From positions 116,500,001-116,564,000 of the forward strand of contig NC_045697.1 of the NCBI RefSeq assembly GCF_009834535.1: 64,000 bases of DNA, in the 5' to 3' direction. Source of the DNA: Camelus ferus. Taxonomy: Eukaryota. Positions 10,851-22,570 of this stretch are shown here, in pieces. Both the position numbers and the translations under genes were made by a program. Every line of letters starts with the position of its first letter. Position 1 is the first letter of the stretch. A model generated the notes under the pieces. That model had not been told where the DNA came from and did no database searches. It saw only the letters and a program-made list of their open reading frames with translations.

Positions 10851-13800
10851 ACTCTCACGGGACAAATTATTGCAGAGGAACAGTCACATAAACAATTATG
10901 TCAATGTACTATATGATATTTACTTATGTGTAGATTTTTTAAAAGATTCATTTTAAAGGGAAAAAACCACTACCAAAATTTTTTTTTTCTCATGGAACAG
11001 CTATCTGCTGACATCTTGTGAGACCCTCATGCTTTAGGGAACACGTTTTCTGAAACGATGGCCTAAATAATGGTTTCAAATGTCCATTTCTGTTGTTCCT
11101 TTTTGGACTTGGTTCCTTCTTTCAGCCCCTTCTGAACTGATTTGCCTCCCCTGAGCTCCTTCTCTTTCAAGACTTAGTAGGAGACACCTTCGTGCAACCC
11201 TCTGGCTTCCAAAATGCTTATTACTTAGCAAGACTGCACCGTCAGTTCTGCCCCCAGGTCAAGGTTTATTCTCTGAGCTACATAGCTTACTTAAATAATT
11301 TCTAATCAAGGCACAAATGGAATCTAAACATCACTAATTTTGGGGAAAAAATCAGTACAAAAATATATCAAATTGAATATGAATGTCCCCCAAATATGAT
11401 ACCTCTCCATTAACAGCCAAAGATTTTGCATCATTCTTTGATATCCTTGAGCTAATAATTCTATTTCACTTCCCCCACATAATTTTATCTTCATGCAAAA
11501 CAATTTCTATACTTGAAAATCTTTGATTGTTCAATTATTATCCACTGTAACAAACAGAGATATAAATTTAAATGAATTTACTTCTGGGATAATAAATCTC
11601 TTAATTAAAATATCCCATCATTCTAGTACAAAATGTAACAATGTAGCATCAATTTGTAATTCTTAAACATACACAAAATAAAGTTGTGTGATAAATGCAT
11701 GTCTCAATGACAGATGAAGGTAAATTCAGTTTATTCACTCTTAGGGATAAAGATTACTCATTGCAAGAATCAGATGGGCTCGACAGTAATTTATACTTTT
11801 TGTTTCTTTTTATAGATGTAAATGCTGTGAAACCTCATTTACATAAGCAAGTCGATGAGATTGGAGGGAGTTTTGTTACAGCACTGTAAGTTTTTCCTTC
11901 TAAGTCATTCTTTAAAAAAAAAAATCACTGTGTTCTAAATAGTAAAAATTAGACGGTCATCTAACATGTAAAAAACATGCTATGTTAAGTTAGCATTAAA
12001 TTCCAACTGTTTTTAGTAAAAATTTTTTTAAATGAAGTACTGTCAGGTATAATGTGTCAATTTCTGGTGTACAGCACGGTGTCCATGTACATACATATAT
12101 TCATTTTCATGTTCGTTTTCATTAAAGGTTACTACCTGATTGTTTTTAATAGACTTTCTATTCTCTTCTACATACTAGTTTTTTCCTGTCCAGTCAAATA
12201 TGACACTAATTATTATAGACTTAGAGGATATTTTGATTTCTCGCCAGTGCAAGTTCCTCCTGACTCTTCTTCTCTTAAAAAGTTTTTTTTTTTGGCTCAT
12301 ATTTACCTTTCTCAGTCATTTTTATGATCAACTTGTCAAATTTCTGAAACTCTAGGTTAGGCTGTTTATTGAAGGGCACTGAATTTTAGATTAATTTGGG
12401 CATATTTGATATTGTCCCAATACGGAGTCTCCCAATCTGGGAACTCAGCGAGTCTGTTCATTTAGGCAAGCCTTGTTTCATGTCCCACGATGACATTTTC
12501 TGGGTTTTGTTTCATGGGTTTCACTGCTGCTTTTTGAATGTAAGATAACACATCTCTTTTGGCCACTTTAAATGCATTCTTTCTTTTTCTCCTCCCTCCC
12601 TCTCTTGCTTCCTTCCTTCCTTCTTTTTCTCTTGACGTCTGGAATGGACTGTAAACTTGCACAAGACTGGAAACAGACTGGCTTTACAACCTCCTCAGTG
12701 CGTAACACAAAGCTATGCTGGCACAGTTGCTAAGGAAAGAAATATGTGTTAAATAAATGAATGAACGAAAGCCTTGATTCATCAGCTAGAAATCCAGCAG
12801 GAAGACTTGGAGTTGGAGGAGGGGGTGGGCATTCCAGGATAAGATTCAAAAGAATTACAGTTCCTTAGAAATAGATGACATATTGTGGCTTGGTTATACC
12901 ACATGAGAAATTTGACAAGCTGTCTGATTTTTTTTTTTAACGTAAGAAACAAAATGACCTGGATATTAAGCAAATTGCCCCAGTGTGGATTCACTCAGAG
13001 AGCCCGAGGAGATAGATAGATGCTTCTGATTTCCTCAGGCTTTAAGAAAAATGCAAAAGGTTTTCTTCATGTGAGGGTTCCTGAAACGCTATTTCCATTG
13101 AATAGCAAAGATAATTTAAAATTTTCTTTTAAAAAGAATGTCTGCTAAAAAGAAAGAAAAATTAAAAAAAAATCTAACAAAAAACAAAACCAAAAAAAGA
13201 AGAAAAAATCCAAAATAAAAAGGATGTCTGCTGCCTAAATGTCACAGACTTGGTCTTTTAAGCAGGGAGCATGTTAGATGCAGACGACCTGGTGGTCTTT
13301 CTCATGGCGTACAAATATTCTTCTACTTCTCCCACCCTGAAGAATTTTAAAACCCTTTCCCAGCCAGCTCCCTTGCCTGACGGCTTTCATGTCACCTCTC
13401 TGTTCATGTTTAAATGGCAAAAAGCCTGAAAAGGGTATCTCTATTTCTTGAACTTAGCTTTTGTCTTCTTATTTTTTTTAATTATTTTGAAAAATTTCAA
13501 GCATACACAAAGGTAGAGAGACAGTATAATGAACTCTGTGTATCATTTTGTCAGTCTGATTTCACACACCCTTCTTTTCTAAGTCTTCTGGAGTGTCTTA
13601 AAGCAAATTCCAGACCTCACAGCATTTCACCTGTGAACATGCCAGCAGGCACCACTAACAGATAAGGACTGTAGAAAATACCCGTCGCATACCAGTATCG
13701 TCCTGCAAGTCTAAATACATAATCAGGGTTTAAAGTTCCTAGATTGTCTCGCAAAGATCTTTTTTTTTAAAATAGATTTGCTCCAACCAGGCTCTAAACA

Positions 13801-14109
13801 CATTGCATTTAGAGGCAGTTTTCCATCTCTAACAGTGTCTCTCCCCGCTTTTTTCATGCCACTTACATGTTTTACTCTGGGAGAGAGGGGTTTTGTTTTG
13901 TTTTGTTTTTACAAAGGTCATTTTTCCTGTAGACGTCTCCACATTCTGGATTTGGCTGCCTGAATCCTCATGGTTTTGTCCAACATGTTCCTTTTTCTCT
14001 CCTATATTTCCTGTAAATTGAGGCTCAGTTCCCTGCTGTCTTGCATCATGGGGGTCTCACGTTCATGGTCCTCCTGTCTAAGGCTGTGTGTGTGGTCACT
14101 CACACTCCC

Positions 14110-14260
14110 TTTTTTTTTATTTAATTTTGTTTTTGTTTGTTTGGTAATTAGGTTTATTTATTTATTTACGTTATTTATTTTTTAGAGGAAGTACTGGGGA
14201 TTGAATCCAGGACCCCGTGAATGCTAAGCACATAGTCTATACTGAGCTATACCACCTCCT
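14110..14260 (-). mobile_element. Vic-1-like SINE
   Basis: GGTAATTAGGTTTATTTA...GTACTGGGGATTGAATCCAGGACC...CTGAGCTATAC. Confidence 0.85.
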
Positions 14261-14521
14261 CCTTACTTATTTTTTACCTTGATGGTGTCAGTGATGAGAG
14301 ACTGAGTTTTCAGAGGAGCGGTAAGTGCGTCCGCAGGCAGTAACTCTGGCCTGGATGGACGTGGCTGGGCGTTCAGGAATCGTTTTAGGAGTATGGTATG
14401 TTTTTCAGAATTATTTGCATGTTTTTCTTATCAAGAATAAAATCTTATTTAAGTATTTTTTTTTAATTTAGCAGAAGGGGGAAATGTGTTAAGCAAAGGG
14501 ATACAGCTGCAAAGCCAAATC

Positions 14522-14622
14522 ATTATTTTATTTACTTTATTTTATTTAACGGAGGCACTGAGGACTGAACCCAGGACCTCACGCATGCCAAGCACGCACT
14601 CCACCCCTGAGCTACACGCCCC
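14522..14622 (-). mobile_element. Vic-1-like SINE
   Basis: GGAGGCACTGAGGACTGAACCCAGGACCTCACGCATGCCAAGCAC...CTGAGCTACAC. Confidence 0.8.
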
Positions 14623-15248
14623 GTCAGGCTTCTTGACGACTGAGGTCGTTGTCCCTAAGGCGGTGGCTCATTCTCAGCCCTCCTTTTCCTGCGGCCATGA
14701 CCCCTTCACTCTCCCTGGCACCCCCACTTCTTTGGCTGCCCGGATTCCACACTTGGGGTCCCCATTTACCTCGCCTGTCGCTCTTCCACCATCTCTTTTT
14801 CTGGCTTCTCGTGACAGTCTGAACCTCTCAAGGTGGGAGCTCTGGAGAGTCGTCCTCCACCCCTCCTCCCTGACCATCTCACCCAGTTCAGGCTCTCATC
14901 ACCGATTCACACACGCCGACTTCCTCGCTTTAGCGCCGTGCGGGTCTCCCCCAGTCCCAAGTTCATACCGCCAGCGCCCAGCTGACGTTCCCAGGTGAGT
15001 GTCTCTGAGCATCTCCAGGTGCTGCTGCCCGGGACTCCACGCGGACCTCCTTCCCCATCCACTCCTCCCTTGGGCTTCATCTCTGCGGATGACAAGCTGT
15101 CTTTCCAGCCTGGGGTTCATAATCTTAGGATCATTCTAGACCCTTTCTCTCTACCCCAAATAGACTCTGTCAGCAATTCCAAGGGACTCTATCTTCAAAA
15201 TATACCCCTAGTCTGCGTATTTACTTTTGCCTCTACTGCTGTCATCTT

Positions 15249-15913
15249 TTTTACATTTTATTTTATTTTTTATTGAAGTGTACTTGATTTACAATGTTAG
15301 TTTCAGGTGTACAGCAAAGCGATTCAGTTATACATATACATACGTACATTCATTTTCATATTCTTTTCCATTATAAGTTATTACAAGAAATTGAATATAG
15401 TTCTCTGTGCTATACAGTAGGTCTTTGTTCATCTATTTTATAAAATGTGTGTCTGTTAATTCCCAACCCCTAATTTATCCCTCCTTCCCTTTCCCTTTTG
15501 GTAACCATAGTTTGTTTTATATGTCTGTGAGTCTATTTTTGGTTTGTAAACAGAATTTGTATCTTTTTTTAGATTCCACATATAAGTGATATCATATGAT
15601 ATTTGCCTTTCTTTGACTTCACTTAGTATGATAATATCTAGGTCCATCCATGGTGCTGCAAATGGCATTATCTCATTCTTTTTAATGGCTGAGTAGTATT
15701 CCATTGTATAAATATCCTAGAACTTCTTTATCCAGTCATCTGTCAGTGGACATTTAGCATGTTTCCATGTCTTGGCTATTGTATGTAGTGTTGCTGTGAA
15801 CATTGGGTTGCATGTGTCTTTTCAAATTATAGTTTTATCTGGATACATGCCCAGGAGTGGGACTGCTGGGTCATAGGGTAAGTCTATTTTCAGTTTTTTA
15901 AGGAATCTCTATA
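15249..15913 (-). mobile_element. 5'-truncated L1 (ORF2 C-terminus plus 3'UTR)
   Basis: Peptide [30 protein letters not shown] is the L1 ORF2 C-terminus; poly(T) at left; TSD CTGTCATCTT at 15239-15248 and 15914-15923. Confidence 0.92.
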
Positions 15914-16003
15914 CTGTCATCTTGATTCAGCCCATTGTCACCTCTTGCCTCCTGACTGCTCTCTGACCCCCTCCCTTGTTCTTAGCACAGCAGCTAGCAT
16001 AAG

Positions 16004-16041
16004 CTTTTCTTTCTTTCTCTTCCTTCCTTCCTCTTTCTTTC

Positions 16042-16121
<80 letters not shown>

Positions 16122-16212
16122 TTTCTTTCTTCCTTCCTTCCTTTCTTTTTCTTTCTTTCTTTCTCTCTCTCTCCCTTCCTTCCTTCATTCCTCCCTTCCT
16201 TCCTTTCTTTCT
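16004..16212. repeat. (TTTC)n/(TTCC)n polypyrimidine microsatellite
   Basis: Direct reading. Confidence 0.97.
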
Positions 16213-16389
16213 GCATGACTTGCCTATTTTTTATTAGGTTATTCTCACATATCATATGATTTTCATTGCTGTTATGAACACTGTCACCTTTTCAAATTAT
16301 ACTTCCTAACTCTTGAGGGTATATACAAATAAAATTGATTTTTTTACTTACTGATCTCATAGTTAGCTCTCTTCCTAAGCTCTCATTTC

Positions 16390-16535
16390 TTATTTTTTTC
16401 TAATTGAAGTATAGTCAATTTACAATGTTGTGTTCATTTCTGGTGTGCAGCATAGTGATTCAGCTATACATATATGTATATTTCTTTGCATATTCTTTCC
16501 CATTAGAGCTTATTACAAGATATTGAATTAGTTCC
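16390..16535 (-). mobile_element. L1 3' end fragment
   Basis: TAATTGAAGTATAGTCAATTTACAATGTTGTG...CAGCATAGTGATTCAG. Confidence 0.85.
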
Positions 16536-16639
16536 CTAGAGTGAGCTTTTAAAAATGTTGGTTAAGTCACATCACATCACTCTGCTGCTCAGAAAATCTC
16601 ACTGATTTTCTCATTTCTTTACAATCAAAGTTGAGCATT

Positions 16640-16785
16640 TGGGTAGGAGGGTACAGCTCAGTGGTAAAGTGCATGCCTAGCATGCACGAGGTCCTGGGTT
16701 CAATCCCCAGCACCTCCATTAAAAAATAAAAATAAATAAATCTAATTACTTCTCACCAAATCTAATTACTGCCCTCCCAAAAAAG
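16640..16785 (+). mobile_element. Vic-1-like SINE
   Basis: GGAGGGTACAGCTCAGTGGTAAAGTGCATGCCTAGCATGCACGAGGTCCTGGGTTCAATCCCCAG plus A-tail. Confidence 0.88.
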
Positions 16786-18668
16786 CTGGGATCTTTGAAA
16801 TGACCTGTAAGACTCTCCCTCCATGTCCTGCTCCAGCCAAACGTCTCTGCCATCTCCTCACCATGTCCTACCCACTCCAGTCCCCTCTCTGCCCACACTG
16901 GCCCTCCTCCTGTTGTGCCACAAGCCTTGTCCTCTCTCCAGGCACCTTAGCATTTGGTGCTATGCCTGTGATGTTCTCACCCTTCCCACCAAATCAGACT
17001 GCTCCCTCCCTCACCACCTTCAGGCTCTGCCTTTCTGTCAAGTCCTTTCCTGACTCCCCTCTATAGGATTATATTCCCCTAGACGTAGGACTGACAGGTC
17101 CAAGAGCATCAGCATTTGTGTTGTGATAAATATGAAAATAAGACCCAGTTACTTTCACTCATCACATAGGCACTTACACGATTCCCTTGTAGCCTGGCCA
17201 AATCAAACTTAACAACATTTGAATTTTTGACAGTCATGGTGTACTTTAACATGCATTTCTTTTCTTGTGTAAGAGTTTGAGCATCAGTTTAAGAACCACT
17301 TGTATTTCCATTTCCGAAAACTCTTAAGCTCATATTTTCTGTTCACTTTTCTAAGGATGTTGGGTTTTTTTCTCGTTTATTTGTCGATGCTCTTTGTCCA
17401 CAATAGAAATGAGTACTTGGACTTTGATATGAATTGGAATAAAAATTTTCCCAGTTTGTCAATTGTCTTTGACCTTATTTGTGGTGGGTTTTTCTATGCC
17501 GAATTTTTTAAAAATTGGAAGTCTATTTCATTCGTATTTTCTTTTAGGGGTTCTGAGTTTTGTATCACACCATAGCATCCTCTCTCATCTGAGATAATAT
17601 TTTTATCACAATTTTTTTTTTTACATTTAAATCTTATATCCATCTGTAATTCATTTTGGCGCAGGAGGTGAGATATATGTCCAACTTTTTTGTTTTTTCA
17701 GGTCCCCACCCTGTTTTTTGGATTTTCCATGTCTTCTCCATTGATGTGAAATGGAGAAGGGGAAAGAAATGGGGAAATCAGGAGATTCTGGGGCAGACTT
17801 TCATGCTTGTGAACTGAGGTCGAGGCAGCAGTGTTTTCTCTTTGTGAAATCTCTCCTGGCAGGCAGAGACCTCACACATGCCACGAAGAGCTGCGAACAA
17901 GTCAAACCTGTTACAGGCAGAAAGCCCACACCCAGTACAGGCACATGCAATGTCTCCAAATTGCAGCGTGGAGTGCTGGAGCACCTGATTCTCACATAGT
18001 CAGCTCCTCCATCCCACGCACAGTCTCTCCAATAGTGTCCGAAGGTGGCAGGGAACAGTCATGTGCGTTTGGGTTGTTTGTTTTGCAGACTTACCCCATC
18101 AGCCTGCTAGGAAGACCCGCACTTGACTTTGACAAACCACAGTGAACTGTGGGGAGGGAAGGTGCTGGGAATCCTCGTGCTGCCTTTTAGATTTCCAGCG
18201 TGTTCTCGTGATACCAGCATTCGAGACCTAACGAGGTTTCATTTCAATTAAGTTCATCCCTCAGTGCTCAACTAGCTGTGAAACCAGGACACTGGGTGTG
18301 GATTAGGAGAGCTGACATTCTGGGGGATGAGATGAAATTTTTCAGCATTGGTGACGTCATAAGAGACCATTAAATTGGTCTACTGGCATCTGTCTACAAG
18401 GATGCTTTTTAAACTAGGACACATGTCCATTGTTCAGTGATAATTATATTAATAATGCTGACACTAAGATGCTGCAAAATCCTGCTGTAGCTTTGGAATT
18501 AAGTTCTGAGTCATCAAAAATAATTATGAGAAATGTCATTTGTTTCAAGGCTATTTGGCTGTGTTCCTTAATGGAAATACTGTATGATGTAATGGTTAGG
18601 AGTTTTGTTCAAGACGCAGATGAGAGTGAGTTTAATCTTGATTCTTCCACATTTTAGCTGAGTAACTT

Positions 18669-18803
18669 TTTTCTTTTCTTTTCTTTTCTTTTTTTGTATT
18701 TTTTGGGGGGATCATTAAGTTTATTTATTTATTAAATATAGGTACCAGGGATTGAACCTGTGTGCTAAATACGTGCTCTACCACTGAGCTATACCCACCC
18801 CCA
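18669..18803 (-). mobile_element. Vic-1-like SINE nested in a MIR (~18590-18920)
   Basis: TSD CTGAGTAACTT at 18658-18668 and 18806-18816; the flanks rejoin as MIR core. Confidence 0.85.
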
Positions 18804-19172
18804 ATCTGAGTAACTTGGAGCAAGTAACCCAACTTCTGCAAACCTTAATTTCCTCATATATAAAACAGGACTTACTGTTATGGGGATTAATAAGAAAACC
18901 CATCTAAAGCACAAGTAAGGTGCTTTCTTCCTATCTGATTGGCAAAGATCAAAAAGCTTAATAATACGTTTGGTGCTGAGGGCCTGGTGGAGACAGGAAC
19001 TCTCATACGCTGCTTGGTGCGGGGTGTCAGTGGATACAACCACCACAAAAAGCAGCTTGGCAATACCTATCAAATGCATTGCGCGTACCTCTGACCAGCA
19101 ATTCCTCTGGCTGGAATTTATGGAACAGATGTACTTAGAAATGAACAAACTGATAACTGTATGCAGATATTC

Positions 19173-19272
19173 CTTTTGCGGGGGTGATTAGGTTTAATTA
19201 ATGAATGAATGGTGGTAGTGGGGATTGAACCCAGGACCTCATGCATGATGAGCTACACTTACTCCCCCTCCC
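19173..19272 (-). mobile_element. Vic-1-like SINE nested in an old L1 3' region (~18920-19740)
   Basis: GGGGATTGAACCCAGGACCTCATGCATG; flanks carry L1M-like motifs (GAACTCTCATACGCTGCTTGGTG, CAGCAATTCCTCTGGCTGGAATTTAT). Confidence 0.75.
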
Positions 19273-20424
19273 CGGTATTTCTTGCAGGACTGTTACAGTA
19301 AAAGTAGAGTGGGGAAAAAAACCCTAAATTTCCATCTAGAAGGGGTTGTCCTGATGGACACATGCAATCAAATACCATGCTGTAATAAAAAACAAGGAAA
19401 TATTTACGTTGTTGAATGGGATACCAAGAGACAATGCTAATCAGCAGGAGCAAACTGTGGAACACTGTGCCAAAACAGGGAATGGAAAGTATGTAATATA
19501 TACTTATAACGTGTAATATATAAATACATATCTAGATATATTTGTTGGTGTAATCACAGAAATGCCCAAGAGAAACACTCAAGAAAATGGTAGCCCTGTA
19601 AGGCTCGAATTTCCTGGTGTAAATTTTCTAAGAATTTCCTGAGTGGCCAGAAAATTTTCTGCTATATATATTCTTTTCATCTTTTGATTATATGCTGTGA
19701 ATATGTATCTTATTTTTTAACAATAAATCAATATAAAGTATATAAAACCCTCATGCTACATAAGCATGCAACATGTATTAGTGCTTATTTAAAATTTCAG
19801 CTTAATGGTAACTGATTATCTTCCACTAAAATAAAGATACCCAGAGAATTTTAAAAATCCACTGTTTAAAAATTTAAACACTACAGATTTTATAATACAG
19901 GACTAATTTTAAATAATTTATAATACATAAATGATTTTATAATACATATATAATTTTAAACAATACAATTTGTCTTCTTATAAATTGTAAAGGCATTTTG
20001 TTTAACTCATGAAGTCCCACAATCTGGGTCTGTAATCATTCACACTTCTCAGAAAGGTATTAGAGTATCTGCTAATTTAAAAAAATCTACTTCTGCAAAG
20101 AACATGATTAGAAGGAATAGTTTTCCGGATACAAATGAAAATTTCTCAGGCGTTAGTCTTGGAGCAATTGAGAGCTTTATGGAGATAACAGGTATCACCT
20201 AAGCTTCTCTCAAACATTATTAGATTTTGAAGAAGGATTGGAAATACTGAACATATTCTAGAATTTTTATTTATGGTCGAATTTTGCTTATAGTTCTGAG
20301 TTTTGAGCAAATTGGGCTGAATTGTGAATAAATGGAGAATTCTTCTTCAATTTGGCTTTCATGTGTAGACCATCAGGCTGCACTAGCTTTTTCCTCAATA
20401 ACTGTGCATTTTGGTTTCTCACTT

Positions 20425-22150
20425 TTATTAGATGTGTCAGTTTCTGGTGTGCAGCACAATGTCCCAGTCATGCATATACATACATATATTTGTTTTCATA
20501 TTCTTTCTCATTAAAGGTTATTACAAGATATTGAACATACTTCCCTGTGCTATACAGAGGAAACTTTTTTTTAAAATCTATTTTTATATATAGTGGCTAA
20601 CATTTGTAAATCTCAAACTCCCAAATTTATCCCTTCCCACCCACTTTCCCTGGTAACCACAGTATTGTTTACTATGTCAGTGAGTCTGTTTCTGTTTTGT
20701 AGATGAGTTCATAGTGTCCTTTTTTCTTGTCTTTCTTTTTTTTTTTTAAGATTGCGCATATGAGTGATATCATACAGAATTTTTCTTTCTCTTTCTGGCT
20801 TACATCACTTAGAATGACGATCTCTAAGTCCATCCATATTGCTGCAAATGGCATTATTTTATTCTTTTTTATGGCCGAGTAGTATTCCATTGTATATATA
20901 TACCACTGCTTCTTTATCCAGTCATCTGTCGATGGACCTTTAGGTTGTTTCCATGTCTTGGCTATTATAAATAATACTGCTATGAACGTTGGGGTGCGTG
21001 TGTCTTTTCAAATTAGAGTTCCTTCTGGATATATACCCAGGGGTGGGATTACTGGGTCATACGGTAAGTCTATTTTTAGTTTTTTGAGGACTCTCCAGAG
21101 TATTTTCCATAATGGCTGCATCAAACTATATTCCCACCAACAGTGTAGGAGGGTTCTATTTTCCCCACACCCTTTCCAGCATTTATCATTCATGGACTTA
21201 TGAATGATGGCCATTCTGACTGGTGTGAGGTGATACTTCATTGTAGTTTTGATTTGCATTTCTCTGATAATCAGCGATATTGAGCATTTTTTTCACATCT
21301 ATTGGCCATTCGTATGTCTTCATTGGAGACTGTTTAGGTCTTCTGCTCATTTTTGGAGTGGGTTGTTTGTTTGTTTGTTTTGTTATTAAGTTGCATGAGC
21401 TGTTTATATATTCTGGAAATTAAGCCTTTGTCAGCCTCATCATTTGCAAATATTTTCTCCCATTCCGTAGGTTGTTATTTTGTTTTGCTTATGGTTTCCT
21501 TTGCTGTGCAAAAGCTTGTAAGTTTAATTAAGTTCCATTTGTTTATTTTTGCTCTCATTCCTGTTTCCTGGGAAGACTGCCCTAAGAGAATATCGCTAAG
21601 ATTTATGTCAGAGAATGTTTTGCCTATGTTTTCTTCTAAGAGGTTTATTGTATCTTGTCTTATATTTAAGTCTTTAAGCCATTTTGAGTTTATTTTCATG
21701 TACGGTGTGAGGGAGTGATTGATTTACATGCTGCTCTCCAGTTTTCCCAACACTTCATTGATTTACATGCTGCTCTCCAGTTTTCCCAACACTATTTGCT
21801 AAAGAGACTGTCTTTTCTCCATTGTATATTCTTGCCTTCTTTGTCAAAGATTAATTGACCACAGGTCTCTGGGTTTATTTCTGGGCTCTCTTTTCTGTTG
21901 CATTAATCCATATGTGTGTTTCATGCTGTATTGACTACTGTAGCTCTGTAGTACTGTCTGAAGTCTGGGAGGGTTATTCCTCCAGCTTCTTTCTTTTTCT
22001 TCAGTATTGCTTTGGCAATTCTGGGTCTTTTGTGATTCCATATAAATTTTAGGATTATTTGTTCTAATTCTGTGAAAAATGTCTTCAGTAATCTGATAGG
22101 GATCACATTAAATCTATAGATTGCCTTGGGCAGTGTGACCATCTTAACAC
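20425..22150 (-). mobile_element. 5'-truncated L1 with frameshifted ORF2 C-terminal region and 3'UTR
   Basis: Peptides [83 protein letters not shown] and [17 protein letters not shown] are canonical L1 ORF2 segments. Confidence 0.95.
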
Positions 22151-22349
22151 AATATTTAAACCTTACAGGTTTAAAGATAGTTGTCAGGTTCTATCTTTCT
22201 AGTACATAGTGAGTCGGCTTTGGAATCACATGAGGCTACTTCCTTAACCTCACTAGCACTTATTTATCTGCTAAATAAAATAGGATGTTAAGATCACCAG
22301 TGACACAATTATTTTGAGGATTAAATAACATTAAGTATGTAAAACACTG

Positions 22350-22570
22350 GCCGGGGAGGGATAAATTAGGAGTTTGGGGTTAGCAGACACACACTACTGT
22401 ATATAAAATAGATTTTTAAAAAAAGGCACTACTGTGTAGCACAGGAAACTATATTCAATACTTTGAATAGCCTATAATAAAAAAGAATATATATATGTAA
22501 CTGAATCACTGTGCTGTACACCAGAAAGTAACACAGCAGTGGAAATCAACTATTCTTCAATTTAAAAAAG
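22350..22570 (+). mobile_element. L1 3' end inserted in a MIR (~22200-22640)
   Basis: GGGGAGGGATAAATTAGGAGTTTGGGGTTAGCAGA...AAATCAACTATTCTTCAA; flanking repeat AAGTATGTAAA. Confidence 0.85.

Larger units (their letters stand above)
14640..17070 (+). mobile_element. L2 LINE fragmented by younger L1 and SINE insertions
   Basis: L2-like C/T-rich segments at ~14640-15245, ~15915-16000, ~16545-16635 and ~16790-17070 that read continuously once the inserts are removed. Confidence 0.55.

Noticed and set aside
15938..16259. Lys/Glu/Arg-rich and Phe/Leu/Ser-rich ORFs
   Set aside because: They are translations of the (TTTC)n microsatellite.
20425..22150. Active L1
   Set aside because: It is 5'-truncated and frameshifted, and lacks ORF1 and the endonuclease and RT core.
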